From NCBI GenBank assembly GCA_030324005.1, contig JARDVH010000164.1:6060895-6124894 (forward strand): a stretch of 64,000 nt of DNA, in the 5' to 3' direction. Below the pieces are notes generated by a model. It did not search any database, had not been told where the DNA came from, and saw only the letters and a program-made list of their open reading frames with translations. Both the position numbers and the translations under genes were made by a program. The DNA is from Negaprion brevirostris (taxonomy: Eukaryota). Positions 10,731-22,985 of this stretch are shown here, piece after piece; position 1 is the first letter of the stretch; each line of letters begins with the position of its first letter.

Positions 10731-13720
10731 TTCCCGAATGGGAATTTTGATCCCATATTATCTGATCTTATTTCCCACAATTGTCCATGCTGAAATGTTG
10801 ACATGAAATTTGCTTCAGTCAAAAGTTCTGCTTGTGAATTCCACAGCCATACAATCCTGTATGTCAGAAAGGTTCTCCCCTTCACTATCTTAAACATTTT
10901 ACAGTTAGTGTTCCACCTCTAACCCCTCGTTATAGACATTTCACTCATTTTCACCCACCCATTTCTATCTGCTCTGTTCCTTTCCCTTCCTAATTTTAAA
11001 CACTTGCACCAAATCGCCCCTCAGTGTTGGGAGGGTTAAGTCTGTCCTGCTCGGCTCTAGCCAACCTCAGAGCTGAATACGTTCCCTGTATATGTGGATC
11101 TGGTGACCGTTATTTCAGAGAATTGTAGCTTGTGCTGTGTGGATGAAAGCTCCTGCTGATGGGCCAAGGGAGTGGGGGTAAGGTTCCTGTCAGGAAATGA
11201 GCAGTGATGCAGTGGGACACTCGCCAGCGGTTCAGAAATTTGCCCCAGACAGCAGAGCATTGAGGTGTTCAATAACATCATAATTGCTCACTCGTCAAGG
11301 CCAGAACTTCAATTTCAAAAATCTGCTCAAATATATTTCTGTGCTGACAGCATCCTCAATCCTCCACAGCCCAGATGCTGCAACACGTAGCCTTTGCCCT
11401 GTTCTGTTACTTGGCTGCAGGCAGTGGCAGGGGACAGGACGACATGGGTGAGGATGGCATAGGTGGAGTTGCAGGAGGATGGCATGGATGGAGTGGCATG
11501 AGTGGNNNNNNNNNNNNNNNNNNNNNNNNNNNNNNNNNNNNNNNNNNNNNNNNNNNNNNNNNNNNNNNNNNNNNNNNNNNNNNNNNNNNNNNNNNNNNNN
11601 NNNNNNNNNNNNNNNNNNNNNNNNNNNNNNNNNNNNNNNNNNNNNNNNNNNNNNNNNNNNNNNNNNNNNNNNNNNNNNNNNNGGGGGGCGGCCGGGGGGG
11701 GGGGGGGGAGGAGGCCATGTTGTTGGACAAGGTGGCATCTTATAACCCTTCCTGCAAAGTGACTGAATATCCTCATGGCATGCACTCAACTGCCTGAGTT
11801 CACACTTGGAGAATGGTCACTTGAATGAGTTCACAGAGGGCTGTTGTCTCCCAGCAACAGGCAGGAGAGAAGGTAATCAATGAGGTAAATAGTAAACAAT
11901 TCTTTATCACAAGTGATGTATCCGTGTTTATGTCTATCTTCAAATCACTGTGTCGAAAACACCCTCATATCAACATCATAAATGACCACATTAAGAAAAC
12001 ATATTTTTACTGGTTTCATCCAAAACCAAAAGCCAACAATCGAAATGTTTCTGCTGTTTGTCACATCCCAAAATCACGTTGGACATTCAGGCAGAGAACT
12101 TGGCCCAGGCTCACTGTAAAGCACCAGCCTGAGGAAACACCAGGGGGAGCTACAACCCCATCAGATGTGTGAGTAAGTGGCTGATATTTACAAAGGTTTT
12201 AAAGTGTTCGTAAACTGGTCATAAATCTGCCTTTTTTTCCTGTTCGCAACCAATTAACTTTGAAGCAAAGATTATAAACACATTTATAGCGTGTTTGGGA
12301 TGCAAGCTGGGGAGATGTACTCCTTATGTAAACTCAGAAAATAAGGACAGGGGGTCTCAGTATCTCAGAACAGAAAGGACAGGGCCATTCTCTGAAGCAA
12401 AGTTTTGATCTCTGTTACATAAAAAACTCACATCTGTTGATTTGATTGGGGAGGTCACTGCAGCAGTTAATATAATAATGGGTGCAACAAAAGTGAATTA
12501 CTTTTTAAATGCATGTTGTGGAAGGAGTTTACATCACTTTTCAGATCATGGTGTGATTCAGAAAATGCACTGGTTTGCAATAACAAGAGGCACGCACAGT
12601 TACTTAGATCTATACATTTGAACAATTGATGCTCATTCTCAAAGCCAGAGACAATCTCAGTTGAGGGTCTGGGAGCTTGTGGGGGAGGTGAAATGTGAGG
12701 GGCAGCAGGATGAGAATGTACTTTAATCTGAATTAAATTGTAAGTGTTGGAAAGCCTGGAATGCATTACGTCAACTCTTTCCCACGGTCGAACTTGTGTC
12801 AACTCCTCAAGGTTTGACCAAGAAACAAATTGCCGTTGATCATTGGGAAGTGTTTAACAAGATCAAGATGTTAAAATATTCTCAATTTCTGAGCAACTTT
12901 TTTGTGTTTTTTCTCTAATTTGCCTCACACTTGCATATTTAGCTTCATGGTATAGTTGCAATGTGCCCTTTATCTGTGTTTAAATATGTACAAAGTTGTC
13001 TTTGGACATGACAATTTCTAATTTGGGAGATAGGGCGAAATGTTGGGCAGAAAGCAAAGCACAGGTGCTACATGGTGTCATTTGCTCTGTGGCCTGCTTG
13101 GGGTAGAAGCTTAGCTCAGTGAGGTGTGATATCTTGATATTGTTTTAGCCTCCAGCACAGTTTGTGTCCTGGGTTGCCTCTGAGGGGATTCAGCATTTTC
13201 TTGATGTTCTTCATCCTTCATGTACTGCGTCTTCAGGGTGTTTCTCAAGAGACAATTTAAGGACCAGAGATGTAGTTGCCTGCCATATGTATACAACAGT
13301 ACCAGTCACTAGCCCCTCACCATTCCCTAGAGATTCTTTTTCTATTCAGCCAACAAAGCTGGAACTCATTTACAGAAGGTTGATGGACGCAAGCTCAATT
13401 TTTTGCATCTGCTTCTCCAGGCATTATTGACTTCTGGGGGATTGCTGCGTAGGGACTAACAGCCTCCACTAACCTCATGCATTGTTTATGGCTGAAGGAG
13501 TCAAGCAGCATTGAGAAGATGCTCGAAGAAGGGTCACTGCTGAAACAATCGTGCGATCCACCAACAGGTACACACTTGTTGGCCTGAAAGGCTACAAGAT
13601 GGTTTTGAAGGCACACGTTTAGGAAGGGGATTCTCTACAGGCACGAACTTCACTTCCACTGCTGGAGCGTGGAGTGAATAAAGTGCATGTTGGGATACAG
13701 ATCTAGAAAGGACACAGGGA

Positions 13721-13825
13721 GGGGCAGGTAAGGCTATTGATAGGTAGGTAAGGTTGCTTATGAGTAGGCAAGGCTGCCGCTGGGTAGATAAGACTACCGA
13801 TGGTCAGGTAAGGCTGCCAATGGGT
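13721..13825. repeat. Degenerate 20-bp minisatellite, about 5 copies
   Basis: Units such as GGGGCAGGTAAGGCTATTGA, TAGGTAGGTAAGGTTGCTTA, TGAGTAGGCAAGGCTGCCGC, TGGGTAGATAAGACTACCGA and TGGTCAGGTAAGGCTGCCAA. Confidence 0.8.
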
Positions 13826-16781
13826 TTGAAAGAATAACAATGTATTTCAAGTCAATTCTCTAGCACTAGAGGAGGCAATAGATGGTAGGGACATTGTTAA
13901 CAGATATGTAGAATAGGGTGCCAGCTTTACTCTACATGTAGGCTGGGTCCTGGAGGCTAGGTAGAGGCTATTATTTAAAATTACATGGCGCGTACAGCAG
14001 TGTCAATCAGGATCAACCTGTGTTTGAGTACAATAGGCTTGTAAAAAGGACTGTCGGATGTAAAATCAGCCCTCGGCATGCAAAGAATTTACACCTTTTA
14101 GTCACTAAATCACTTCACATCCTGGAGCCCTACAGCCTCCAAAATGCTGCCATTGTCTGGGAATATGCAGCTTACTGTCACAACACAGCAGGTAACAGTA
14201 ATATCCACAAGATGAATTGCCCTTATGAACAGTATGTGAGACAATGAGGAAAATGCAACACTGAGGCGTCTCAGCGAAGAACGCTTCTGAATAAGAAACA
14301 CATGTTCTCCTGGAAGATAACCTCACTTCAATCTCCCTCTTGTTAAAATCTTTCTGGTTCCCATTTTATTGGTGGTATTCATGTATCTTTGAAATGCCCT
14401 TTCTTGTCCTGCCAAGAAGACTAACTCCCTTATCCTCCACACTCCTCCTGTACATCCAAGATTCACCACACCTTCTCCTATTACAATTTATCATTTCCCC
14501 AGAACCTGAGAACGACACCCAGCCAGCCGTGAGGTACGACTGGGAGAGCCGAACGTGCAAATTCCTTTTGTGTCAGACCCTCCTGACTTAACAGGAACCA
14601 GCTGTTGCAGGAAGCCGCACAAAGAGATAGGAAGTCAGGCTTTCGATTTAAGGATAAACAACAGAGGAAGGGTCCTGAGCTGAAAATCTTGGGGTTAGAT
14701 CTAATAGAAAACAGAAACAGTGTGTGCAAGGGGGTCTGGTAAAATTTACAAGCTGACAATTATTACACGGCTCATTCCTGCCATTTAAATGTTTGCTTAA
14801 GTACGGACCAGATGTTTGTGGAAGAGTCTGAACAAATAACACCTAACATCTGGCAGGCAGCTGGGCTGGGAGATTCCTGAATTAACAAGTGCAGTGCATG
14901 GGCAGATAACAATGAGATTAAGGTCTGGTCACAGAATCCCAGGAGGTATAAAGGTCTGGATTTTGCAGTTATAAATGATAGAGAAACCATCAGTATTTGC
15001 TGTCCATACACTTTGAAATCTGTACAATTAAAGCTGGAATTCTAGAAGCATCCATTAGATCTTTTAATGCAGCATTGCTGGTGGCTTTTTTAAAGTTTAT
15101 ATTTCCTGATGTAAATGTCCCAATCTTTATTTTCACTGTAATATATATGAAGAGGGAAAGTTAATCAGGGCATTATGATTCCTGGTTTGCTGTCTGTGTG
15201 AATTCTTCACCGTGATTGGCTGCTTATAACATTTGATGGAATCACTGCTTTGGATGACTGGGCATCCTTTGACTTTGGCACTCAATTCAAACTGACTTTC
15301 GGAAATGTGTAATCCACATGACAGACAAGGCAGAATCTTCGTGGGCCGTTCTCATCGAGGACAGTGCTGAATGCCCACTGACCACACAAATCAGGCCATT
15401 ATTACCCTTGGAGAGTGCAAATGGAATAGTGGCAAAAATTCCAGTACCATAAACTTAAGTTATGAAGAAGGATGTTTCCAATTTGGAAAATGTAAGGATT
15501 TGAAGAAAACCAAGTAAATAAATGTNNNNNNNNNNTGTAGCAAATTGTTCACCTGTGCTGAAAAGCTCAAATCCCAGGGACAAAGTAAAAATTATGATGA
15601 GATATGAAAGCTGGGGGAAATTATTCTTTACCCAGAGTTTTTAAAGAAGCAGTTACGGCTCCTGTAGAAACTATTGTTTCTTTCAGTGACAGACTGAAAG
15701 GATTATACAACAAGATTTCAAGTTTTAAGACTTCAACTGTAATAAATGAATTGAACCAACATGGAACTAAACACTATTTTAAGAAAACAACTTTTACACT
15801 AAATCACATAAAAGTTTAACGTTACTTTTAAAATGACCAAACTTCCCCTCCACAGTTGTACTTTACTCTGTCCTTTATTTTCTATGAACTAGTCCAAAGT
15901 GATTCTCAACTCCGAAAGGCTTTTTTCTTTCCTTATTCATTTTTTATATATTAATTGGTGCTTTTCTTCTCCTTTCCTAGCCAGGGAAGTCCTAATCCCA
16001 GAATGAGGCTCACAGTGAGGGACTAATGGGAGATTTTTCTCCTTAGCCAAAACTGAGCAAACTTTTCAGCCTCATTTAAACCCTCTCAAATCTCTTCACT
16101 CCTAGCACGAGTTCCCATCTACATTGTGTGGGCAACAGTTGAGGCTTGCAGCCTCTATCCCACTTGCACCCTCTATCCCACTTGCACATTGTCCATGACT
16201 GAGATTCAGATCGTTAAGGAAAACCTGTAACCAATTCTATAATGGCTTCCTATGGATTAATTCCCCTCTCAAAAGCCAACAACAACATGAATCACAAAAC
16301 CCCAATGTCCTGGTAGAAATGTTAATTAGCTATCCTCTGGACCCCTAACTCCATCCTATCGTGGAATTAAATAGACAATTTAAAGTATAACCATTTCTAA
16401 ACTCTGACATCCCCAACATCTTGATGAGACTTGGAAACCAAGAATCTATCCACCATCAGCACAGCCGTTCAGGTCATTGTTTACAGGTATGAACATCTTT
16501 CCTCTTTTCAGTAAAGCAACATAGGCCCCTTCTAAATTTTAATAAATGGAACTACCCCAGGTTTGTCATCACCAGCATTCAGAACAGGTCACACAAATGC
16601 TTCATTCCTCCATCTTATGCTAAGTTACAGAAAAACGCTAGGGTTCTCTGCCCTCCTTGCAGCATTTTTCTCAGCAGTGCTACCACTGTTAATGGGATTT
16701 CTGCAACAGTTTTCCCATCACTGCTGATCCAAACAAGTCTCTTTGACATCAATTCAATGAGATCAGAGTCAGAGCAGTCAA

Positions 16782-16907
16782 TGGGAATTAAGGGCTAAGG
16801 GGAGCAGGCGGGTAAGTGGGAACTATTTGATCAGCCATGATCTTATTGAATGGCGGGGCAGGCTCGAGGGGCTAGATGGCCTACCCCTGCTCCTATGTTC
16901 TTATGTT
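16782..16907 (+). mobile_element. CR1/HER1-type LINE 3' end
   Basis: GATCAGCCATGATCTTATTGAATGGCGGGGCAGGCTCGAGGGG...CTCCTATGTTCTTATGTT; related copies at 53207-53282 (-) and 59245-59497 (+). Confidence 0.75.
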
Positions 16908-17572
16908 AACGGTGTGTCAGTGCAGTGAGGATGCGCTGTCAGCAGGACCAGAAGATCCTGCCAGCGTGACCAGGAGATAGTGTTCAAACTCCCAAAGCAA
17001 AACCATCTTATAAATGTTGTACTTCCGACAAACCTACCATTGCAGGATCTTGAAAAACACACTGTAGATGAAAGGCAGAAAACAATGGAAGTGAATGAGA
17101 GACAGGAGGGAATGGGGAATATAGTGAAAGCTGTGTAACTGAGATTTGGATCTATAAAGAAAATAGCTTGAGGGATAAATATACATTCCCATTTATTTTT
17201 GGAAGACCAAAAACGTCTGGATATTTCTAAAACCAGATCCAAATATTCGTTCCTGATTGAGCCCTAGACATCAAATCAACCCACACAACTGACTGATATA
17301 AATGTCCCAAACACTAAGAGTCTGATTGCTGCATTAAAGAAAAGTTCAGACACTGTGAAAAGATCAATTTTGTATATGCCAAAGGAGCCTCTGACAGCCC
17401 TGCTTATCCCTTCATCTGATATTTCATTGGGCAAAAGCTCTCACTCCCTATTCTTTATTGGAACTATTGGTGTGACCCTTTCACCAATACACTCATTGCT
17501 TCTCTGAACTTTTCTCACGTGTTGTTCCTATTTTCTAAGCACACTTTTTTTAAATATTAAAAAATGTTATAA

Positions 17573-17795
17573 TGGGTGGCACTATAGTTAGCATTGCTGC
17601 CTCATAGCGCCAGAGACATGGTCCAATTGCAGCCTCGGGTGAGTGTGGGTGTGGAGTTTGTACGTTCTCCCTGTGTCAGTGTGGGTTGCTCCGGTTTCCT
17701 CTCAGTCCAAAGCTAGGGTGGATTGGCTATGCTAAATTGCCCCTTAGTGTCCAAAGGTGTGTATGTTAGGGGGAGTAGCTATTGGATTCTATGGT
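17573..17795 (+). mobile_element. HE1-type SINE (internally deleted)
   Basis: Head, V-domain and GGATTCTATGGTTCTA tail. Confidence 0.75.
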
Positions 17796-18227
17796 TCTAA
17801 ATCCAAACAAACTTTGCCTCCAGAGGTGGATTTTTGTTTAGTACCAGAGGTAGTTTTTTTTAAGCGTCCCATACCATTTAGTATCTTTCTTGCTTTGTCA
17901 TTGCTGATTTTTCAGTGGGCAAGGAGAATGATAGGTAGGGTATAGTTTTAGTAGCCTGGATTTTCTGAAGTAACAAATCAAGTCTGTTTAGGGTAAGAAT
18001 ACTTCTGACATTCAAAAACAAGTAACTGTCAATTTATATATTCATTGCCACTTTGGCAAACCCATGTTGGAACCTAGTATCTAACGTTCCTGTGGCGATG
18101 AAAACTGGCTAAAAGTTTAAACTCTATTAGGACACTGGATGTCACGTTAACTTCAACAGCCTCCAATTTGGAAATAATTTTAGCTTAGAACTTTTATTAG
18201 CAGCCTTGTGGCTACCAGCAATTTATA

Positions 18228-18475
18228 GGCATAGAGATATACAGCATGGAAACAGGCCCTTCGGCCCAACTCATCCATGCTGACCAGGTTTCGTAAACTG
18301 AAGTAGTCCCATTTACCTGCATTTGGTCCATATTCCTCTAAACCTTTCCTATCCTTGTACCTGTCCAATGTTGCTCAAATGTTGCAATTGTACCCACCTC
18401 TACCACTTCCTCTGGCAGCTCATTCCATATACATGCCACCCTCTGTATGAAGAAGTTGCCGCTCAGGTTCCTTTT
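18228..18475 (-). mobile_element. CR1-type LINE 3' fragment
   Basis: CATAGAGATATACAGCATGGAAACAGGCCCTTCGGCCCAAC reverse tail; the - ORF 18180-18368 (MDRYKDRKGLEEYGPNAGKWD) resembles a CR1 ORF2 C-terminus. Confidence 0.75.
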
Positions 18476-18682
18476 ACACTAACAACTCTCCTCCATCCAT
18501 TCATCCAGCTGGACTGACTGGCATAGGCCAAGATGCCCACCATGACTACATAACTGACGTCATGATACAAAACTTGGTCAGAGTGAGGCATACCTCAGAG
18601 GTGGGTGGAAGCCCCAGGGTGCTGAATACATCTCTACAAGAGAACACTATCTCAGGAAATAACTGATTTGATTTTGTGAAGA

Positions 18683-18990
18683 GTGGCATGTTGGCAGTGA
18701 TTAGCACTGCTACCTCACAGCGCCGGGGACCCGGGTTCAGTTCCAGCCTCATGTGAACGTGTGGTTGGAGTTTGCACGCTCTCCCCGTCTGCATGAAGTT
18801 CCTCTGGTGCTTCCTCCCATAGTCTGAAAGATGTGCTGGTTAGGTTGATTGGTCATGCTAAATTGCCAGTGTCAGGGGGATTAGCAGGATAAATATGTGG
18901 GGTTACAGAGATCGGGCCTGGGTGGGGTTTTTGTCAGTGCAGGCTCAATGGGTTGAATAGCCTTGTTCTGCACTGTTGGGTTACTATCAT
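18683..18990 (+). mobile_element. HE1-type SINE
   Basis: Head, V-domain and tail homologous to 23-332. Confidence 0.8.
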
Positions 18991-19749
18991 TTTAAGGACA
19001 AAGTATAACGTATAAAATTTAAAGAAATAAATATACAGGGCTTGGTGACATGTGATTAAACTCCGCACTGCCTTTGAATCTATAACAGACTCTCTTAGGT
19101 TCCTACACAAAATAAATTTGAACTGAAATCATAGCACAAAACTAATCCCATGCTAACACTAAACTGGCAAGCCCCATCCCAAAAACCACAATGATAGTGT
19201 GGTCTGGCCTGGGACCACATAACAGGAGTGGAAAAAGTTTCAAATCCGTCTCATAAACATAGCTTACCTTTATACGCACATTTTTATAAATATACCAACT
19301 GGTCGCTCATAATGTTGCTGATGATAAATGGAAGGATAGCATTTTGTAATAGGGGAGTTATTGATAAAACTTGGCAGAGAAACATTGTAAGTGCAATCCA
19401 GGAATTCTCACCATTCAAATCTTTCAATAAATAAGTAGTTTAGATTATAGGAGGGATAGACATTTTGGAATTTAGNNNNNNNNNNTAGTTTATTTTAGGG
19501 GTTCAGGAACAAGTCAAACATAACTTTCCCTTAAATAGCTGGAGTAGAACCACTGGTGTACCTCATGTAAGATTATAGAAAAGAGATTTAGATGATTTGA
19601 TAAGCTTTTTCTCAATCAGTTTTTTAAAACTAAACTTAGGGAACATAAGTCAAGGTGCAGTGAGATAATGTTAGCTAGGGTAAGACAATACTTTTTCACT
19701 ACATTTCTCTGTTTCAGTCATATACTGTGCCTAGGTCAGGTGTGGTCCT

Positions 19750-20095
19750 TTTTTTAAAAATTCATTAATGGGACATGGGCATTGCTGGCTGGTCAACATT
19801 TATTGCCTATCCCTAGTTGCCCTTAAGGTAATGGTGAGCTGCCTTCTTGAATAGCTGCAATCCATGTGCTGTGGATTGACCCACAACGCCATTGTGGGGG
19901 GTGGGGTGGGGGCAGCAGACTTCCAGGATTTTGAGCCAGCGACCGTGAAGGAATAGCACTATATTTCCAAATGAGGATGGTAGGCGACTTGGAGGGTAAC
20001 TTGCACAGGGTGATGTTCCCATGTATCTGCTGCCCTTGTTCTTCTAGATGGAAGTGCTCCTGCGTTTGAAGGTGCTGTCAATTCATCTTTGGTGA
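19750..20095 (-). mobile_element. LINE 3' fragment sharing its tail with the second SINE family
   Basis: Reverse complement ends AAGGGCAACTAGGGATAGGCAATAAATGTTGACCAGCCAGCAATGCCCATGTCCCATTAATGAA, as in SINE 1168-1532. Related copies at 51885-52450 (-), 54770-55290 (+) and 61560-62380 (-). Confidence 0.7.
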
Positions 20096-20382
20096 ATTGT
20101 CACCAAATCCCCAATTGGATCATAAGGCATTCCTTCTGCAATAAAGGTGTTTCTTTGTCTGTTTATCTTTTGCACACCATGATATGTGAACTTTGTGAAA
20201 CCAAGTGGTTATTCAAACTTGGGAACTAAGGTGAGGACAGAATGCAAGCTGCAAGCAAATGTGGTCTAAACTGATCACTCCCTTTGAGCAGATTTTGAGT
20301 TCTCTTAATGAGCACTGGATTTATTTTACTGCTTAAAAACTATTCAGAAGTGGAACTTCTTTAAAAGATATGTTAGAATCAT

Positions 20383-20743
20383 GAGGCAGCATAGTGGTTA
20401 GCACTGCTGTTTCACAGCACCAGGGACCTGGGTTTGATTCCCAGCTTGGGTCACTGTCTATGTGGAGTTTGCACGTCCTCCCCACGTCTGCAAAGGTTTC
20501 CTCCNNNNNNNNNNNNNNNNNNNNNNNNNNNNNNNNNNNNNNNNNNNNNNNNNNNNNNNNNNNNNNNNNNNNNNNNNNNNNNNNNNNNNNNNNNNNNNNN
20601 NNNNGTTTCCTCCACATTCAGAAAGACATGCTGGTTAGGTGCATTCACCTGAACAGATGCCGGACTGTGGCGACTCGGGGAATTTCACAGTAACTCCATT
20701 GCTGTGTTAATGTAAAGCTTACTTGTGATTAGTAAATAAACTT
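20383..20743 (+). mobile_element. HE1-head SINE with alternative tail (tail B)
   Basis: HE1 head and V-domain, then GTGGCGACTCGGGGAATTTCACAGTAACTCCATTGC...AAATAAACTTT. Confidence 0.8.
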
Positions 20744-22316
20744 TAATTTTGATGAGCAAATTATTGATAAGGTTGAGATTTTTGCATTCTAAGTGCAATA
20801 TGTTCTTCTCAAAGTTTCTGTATAAATAAGTAATGAAAAAAAATAAGTTGGTACCAGTTATGGAGTGAAAAAAAAACCAAATAAAAGATCCAACCTGTGG
20901 AACTTGCAGTCTCTACTCAGTTTGATTGCTAACTCTCCCTAAAGTCAACTCTGCCAGGGTTTTCCTACAAGGAGGAGGGAAGGAGCAGGTCTTCACATTG
21001 TACTGATTGGAATCTGGTGTCCATGTTCACTCAGGTTTAGAAATATCATTCTTCAACATGAAACAATGACTTTGTGGGTTTGCAAATAACCTCTCACTTT
21101 CTGAACACAAATCACACTTATTTTCTCCCCCAGACCAACAATTCTCAGCAGGATAGTGCAGGGACATCTGAGGTAAAAAGGGGAAAGTAAACCATTTCAA
21201 AACCAGGCCACAGGAGGAGCACCATAATATGTTTGATTTACTGTCAGACAGCTCTGCACTTCTCCACTGCGATATGCTTTCACTTTGGAACTTAGCAACT
21301 GAACAGATTATAATTTCCTTCCACACTGGCACAAAGTGATGGTGCCCAAATCCTGGTGCAGCACATACAATGGATTGTTTTATAAATAAATCTGAAGGAA
21401 ATAAGTTCCATTCCCATAAATAAAATCAAGGCCTGTTCCTTGTGAAACACTGCAGTGCACTGACAAGGCTTCAGTTTCAATACTCCATGAGAAGGTGCCA
21501 TTGATCCAATTTTCTTTGGGAGGAGGAGGCAATCATCAAGGGAACATTAAATTACAGAAAAAGGAAACAGGGTTATATACTCCTGCCATGCCAAAGCAAA
21601 ATGCACATTTACTTCCCCTGGAATCTAGGACAAGGAAATTGGTCAGAATGAAAGCATTTTTCACAAACCTATTATCATGTTTTTAATTCTATGGCTCTCT
21701 CATATTAGAAGTTATACAGCCTGTAACTTGGTCATTGATGGTTAGTTGGCGGCAGCTTGAACTCGGAGAAGCCAATGTCAACACATGAGGGCTTATTCAC
21801 TTTCTTGGGTCCCTTCCACCATGGAAAGTATTTGCAGTCCAGTGAAGTTGCTGTTATAGCTACTACAATCATAAATAACAACAGGTTTGAAGAATTCCAG
21901 TGATCCACCTTATTGCAGATATTTATTCACCATATACGCCTTGCTTTAGGACTTAGTTCCTCAAAACATGACTGATGCCGTCTTGTTCAAAAATAGCACT
22001 CATGCAACCTGCAACCGGAGTCAGTCAGTATTAATCCCAAATCTTCCAGGTTGGGAAGTGATGATTTTACATATGTTGGAACTTAAATTATGCTTCATTT
22101 AGTCTGCTCCTCTAGACCATTCTTGATGGCTGTCTCATAACGCTGTCTGTATTGAAATTGAGTCAGTGGGCGCTGTCTCCAAATCTGTATGTTCCAGAAT
22201 CTTAAAACTGTGCAACTGTGATCTTTCAGTTTTTACCCCGTCCTTCTACAAGCTATAGACTTTTATTTCCACTTGTTGTCACCGCATCACTACCTCAACA
22301 TTGGAAGAAAAAGTTC

Positions 22317-22573
22317 TTTAGTTTATTTGTCACAAATAGGCTTACATTAACACTACAGTGAAGCTTGTGAAAATCCCTTGGTCGTCACACTCCGGTGGCT
22401 GTTCGGGTACATTAAGGGAAAATTTAACATGGCTAATGCACCTAACCAACATGTCTTTCGGACTGTGGGAGGAAACCCACACAGGAGAACATGCAGACTG
22501 CACAGTTACCCAAGCCTGGAATTGAACCTGGGTTGCTGGTGCTGTCAGGCAGCAGTACTAACCACTGTAGCAC
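22317..22573 (-). mobile_element. HE1-head SINE, tail B
   Basis: Reverse complement of the element type at 20383-20743. Confidence 0.8.
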
Positions 22574-22659
22574 CCAGAGGGAAGTTTATATTGTTCTGCA
22601 TTGTAGGATTTGGGCATTGATGGCTGCACACCTGCCTCACTCGACGATTATGGAATCAA

Positions 22660-22985
22660 ATCTAGGCCAATAAGTCCAGTGTTCAGGAAGTACTGCACTG
22701 TCAGAAGTGTCATATTTCAGACAAGATGGTAAACCAAGTTTCTGCCTGTCCTTTTATGTGGATGTAGAATGCTTCCAGACGTCCTTGTCAATATTTGTCA
22801 GTCAACATCCTGCAGTACATCTGGTTATCACCACTTCTGGTTTGCCCAATTTTGCTCTGTGTAAGTCATCTGCTCCCTTCCATTCATTGAAACAGTGATT
22901 TTTTTAAAAGAACATCTACTTCTGGGTGTGTTTTGAACCATCCTGAGATTGCAAAAGATGCCATATAATTGCAAGTCTTTTTTTA
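22660..22985 (+). mobile_element. Old Deu-domain SINE (SacSINE1/AmnSINE1-like)
   Basis: GTACTGCACTGTCAGAAGTGTCATATTTCAGACAAGATGGTAAACC...GCCATATAATTGCAAGTCTTTT resembles the recalled Deu-SINE consensus. Confidence 0.6.

Noticed and set aside
13400-13690. Possible exon after the strong acceptor ttctccag at ~13420
   Set aside because: All three frames hit stops within ~40 nt and no protein similarity is recognisable.
16152-16187. Exact 18-bp tandem duplication
   Set aside because: An ordinary slippage duplication with two units and no spacers; not CRISPR-like.
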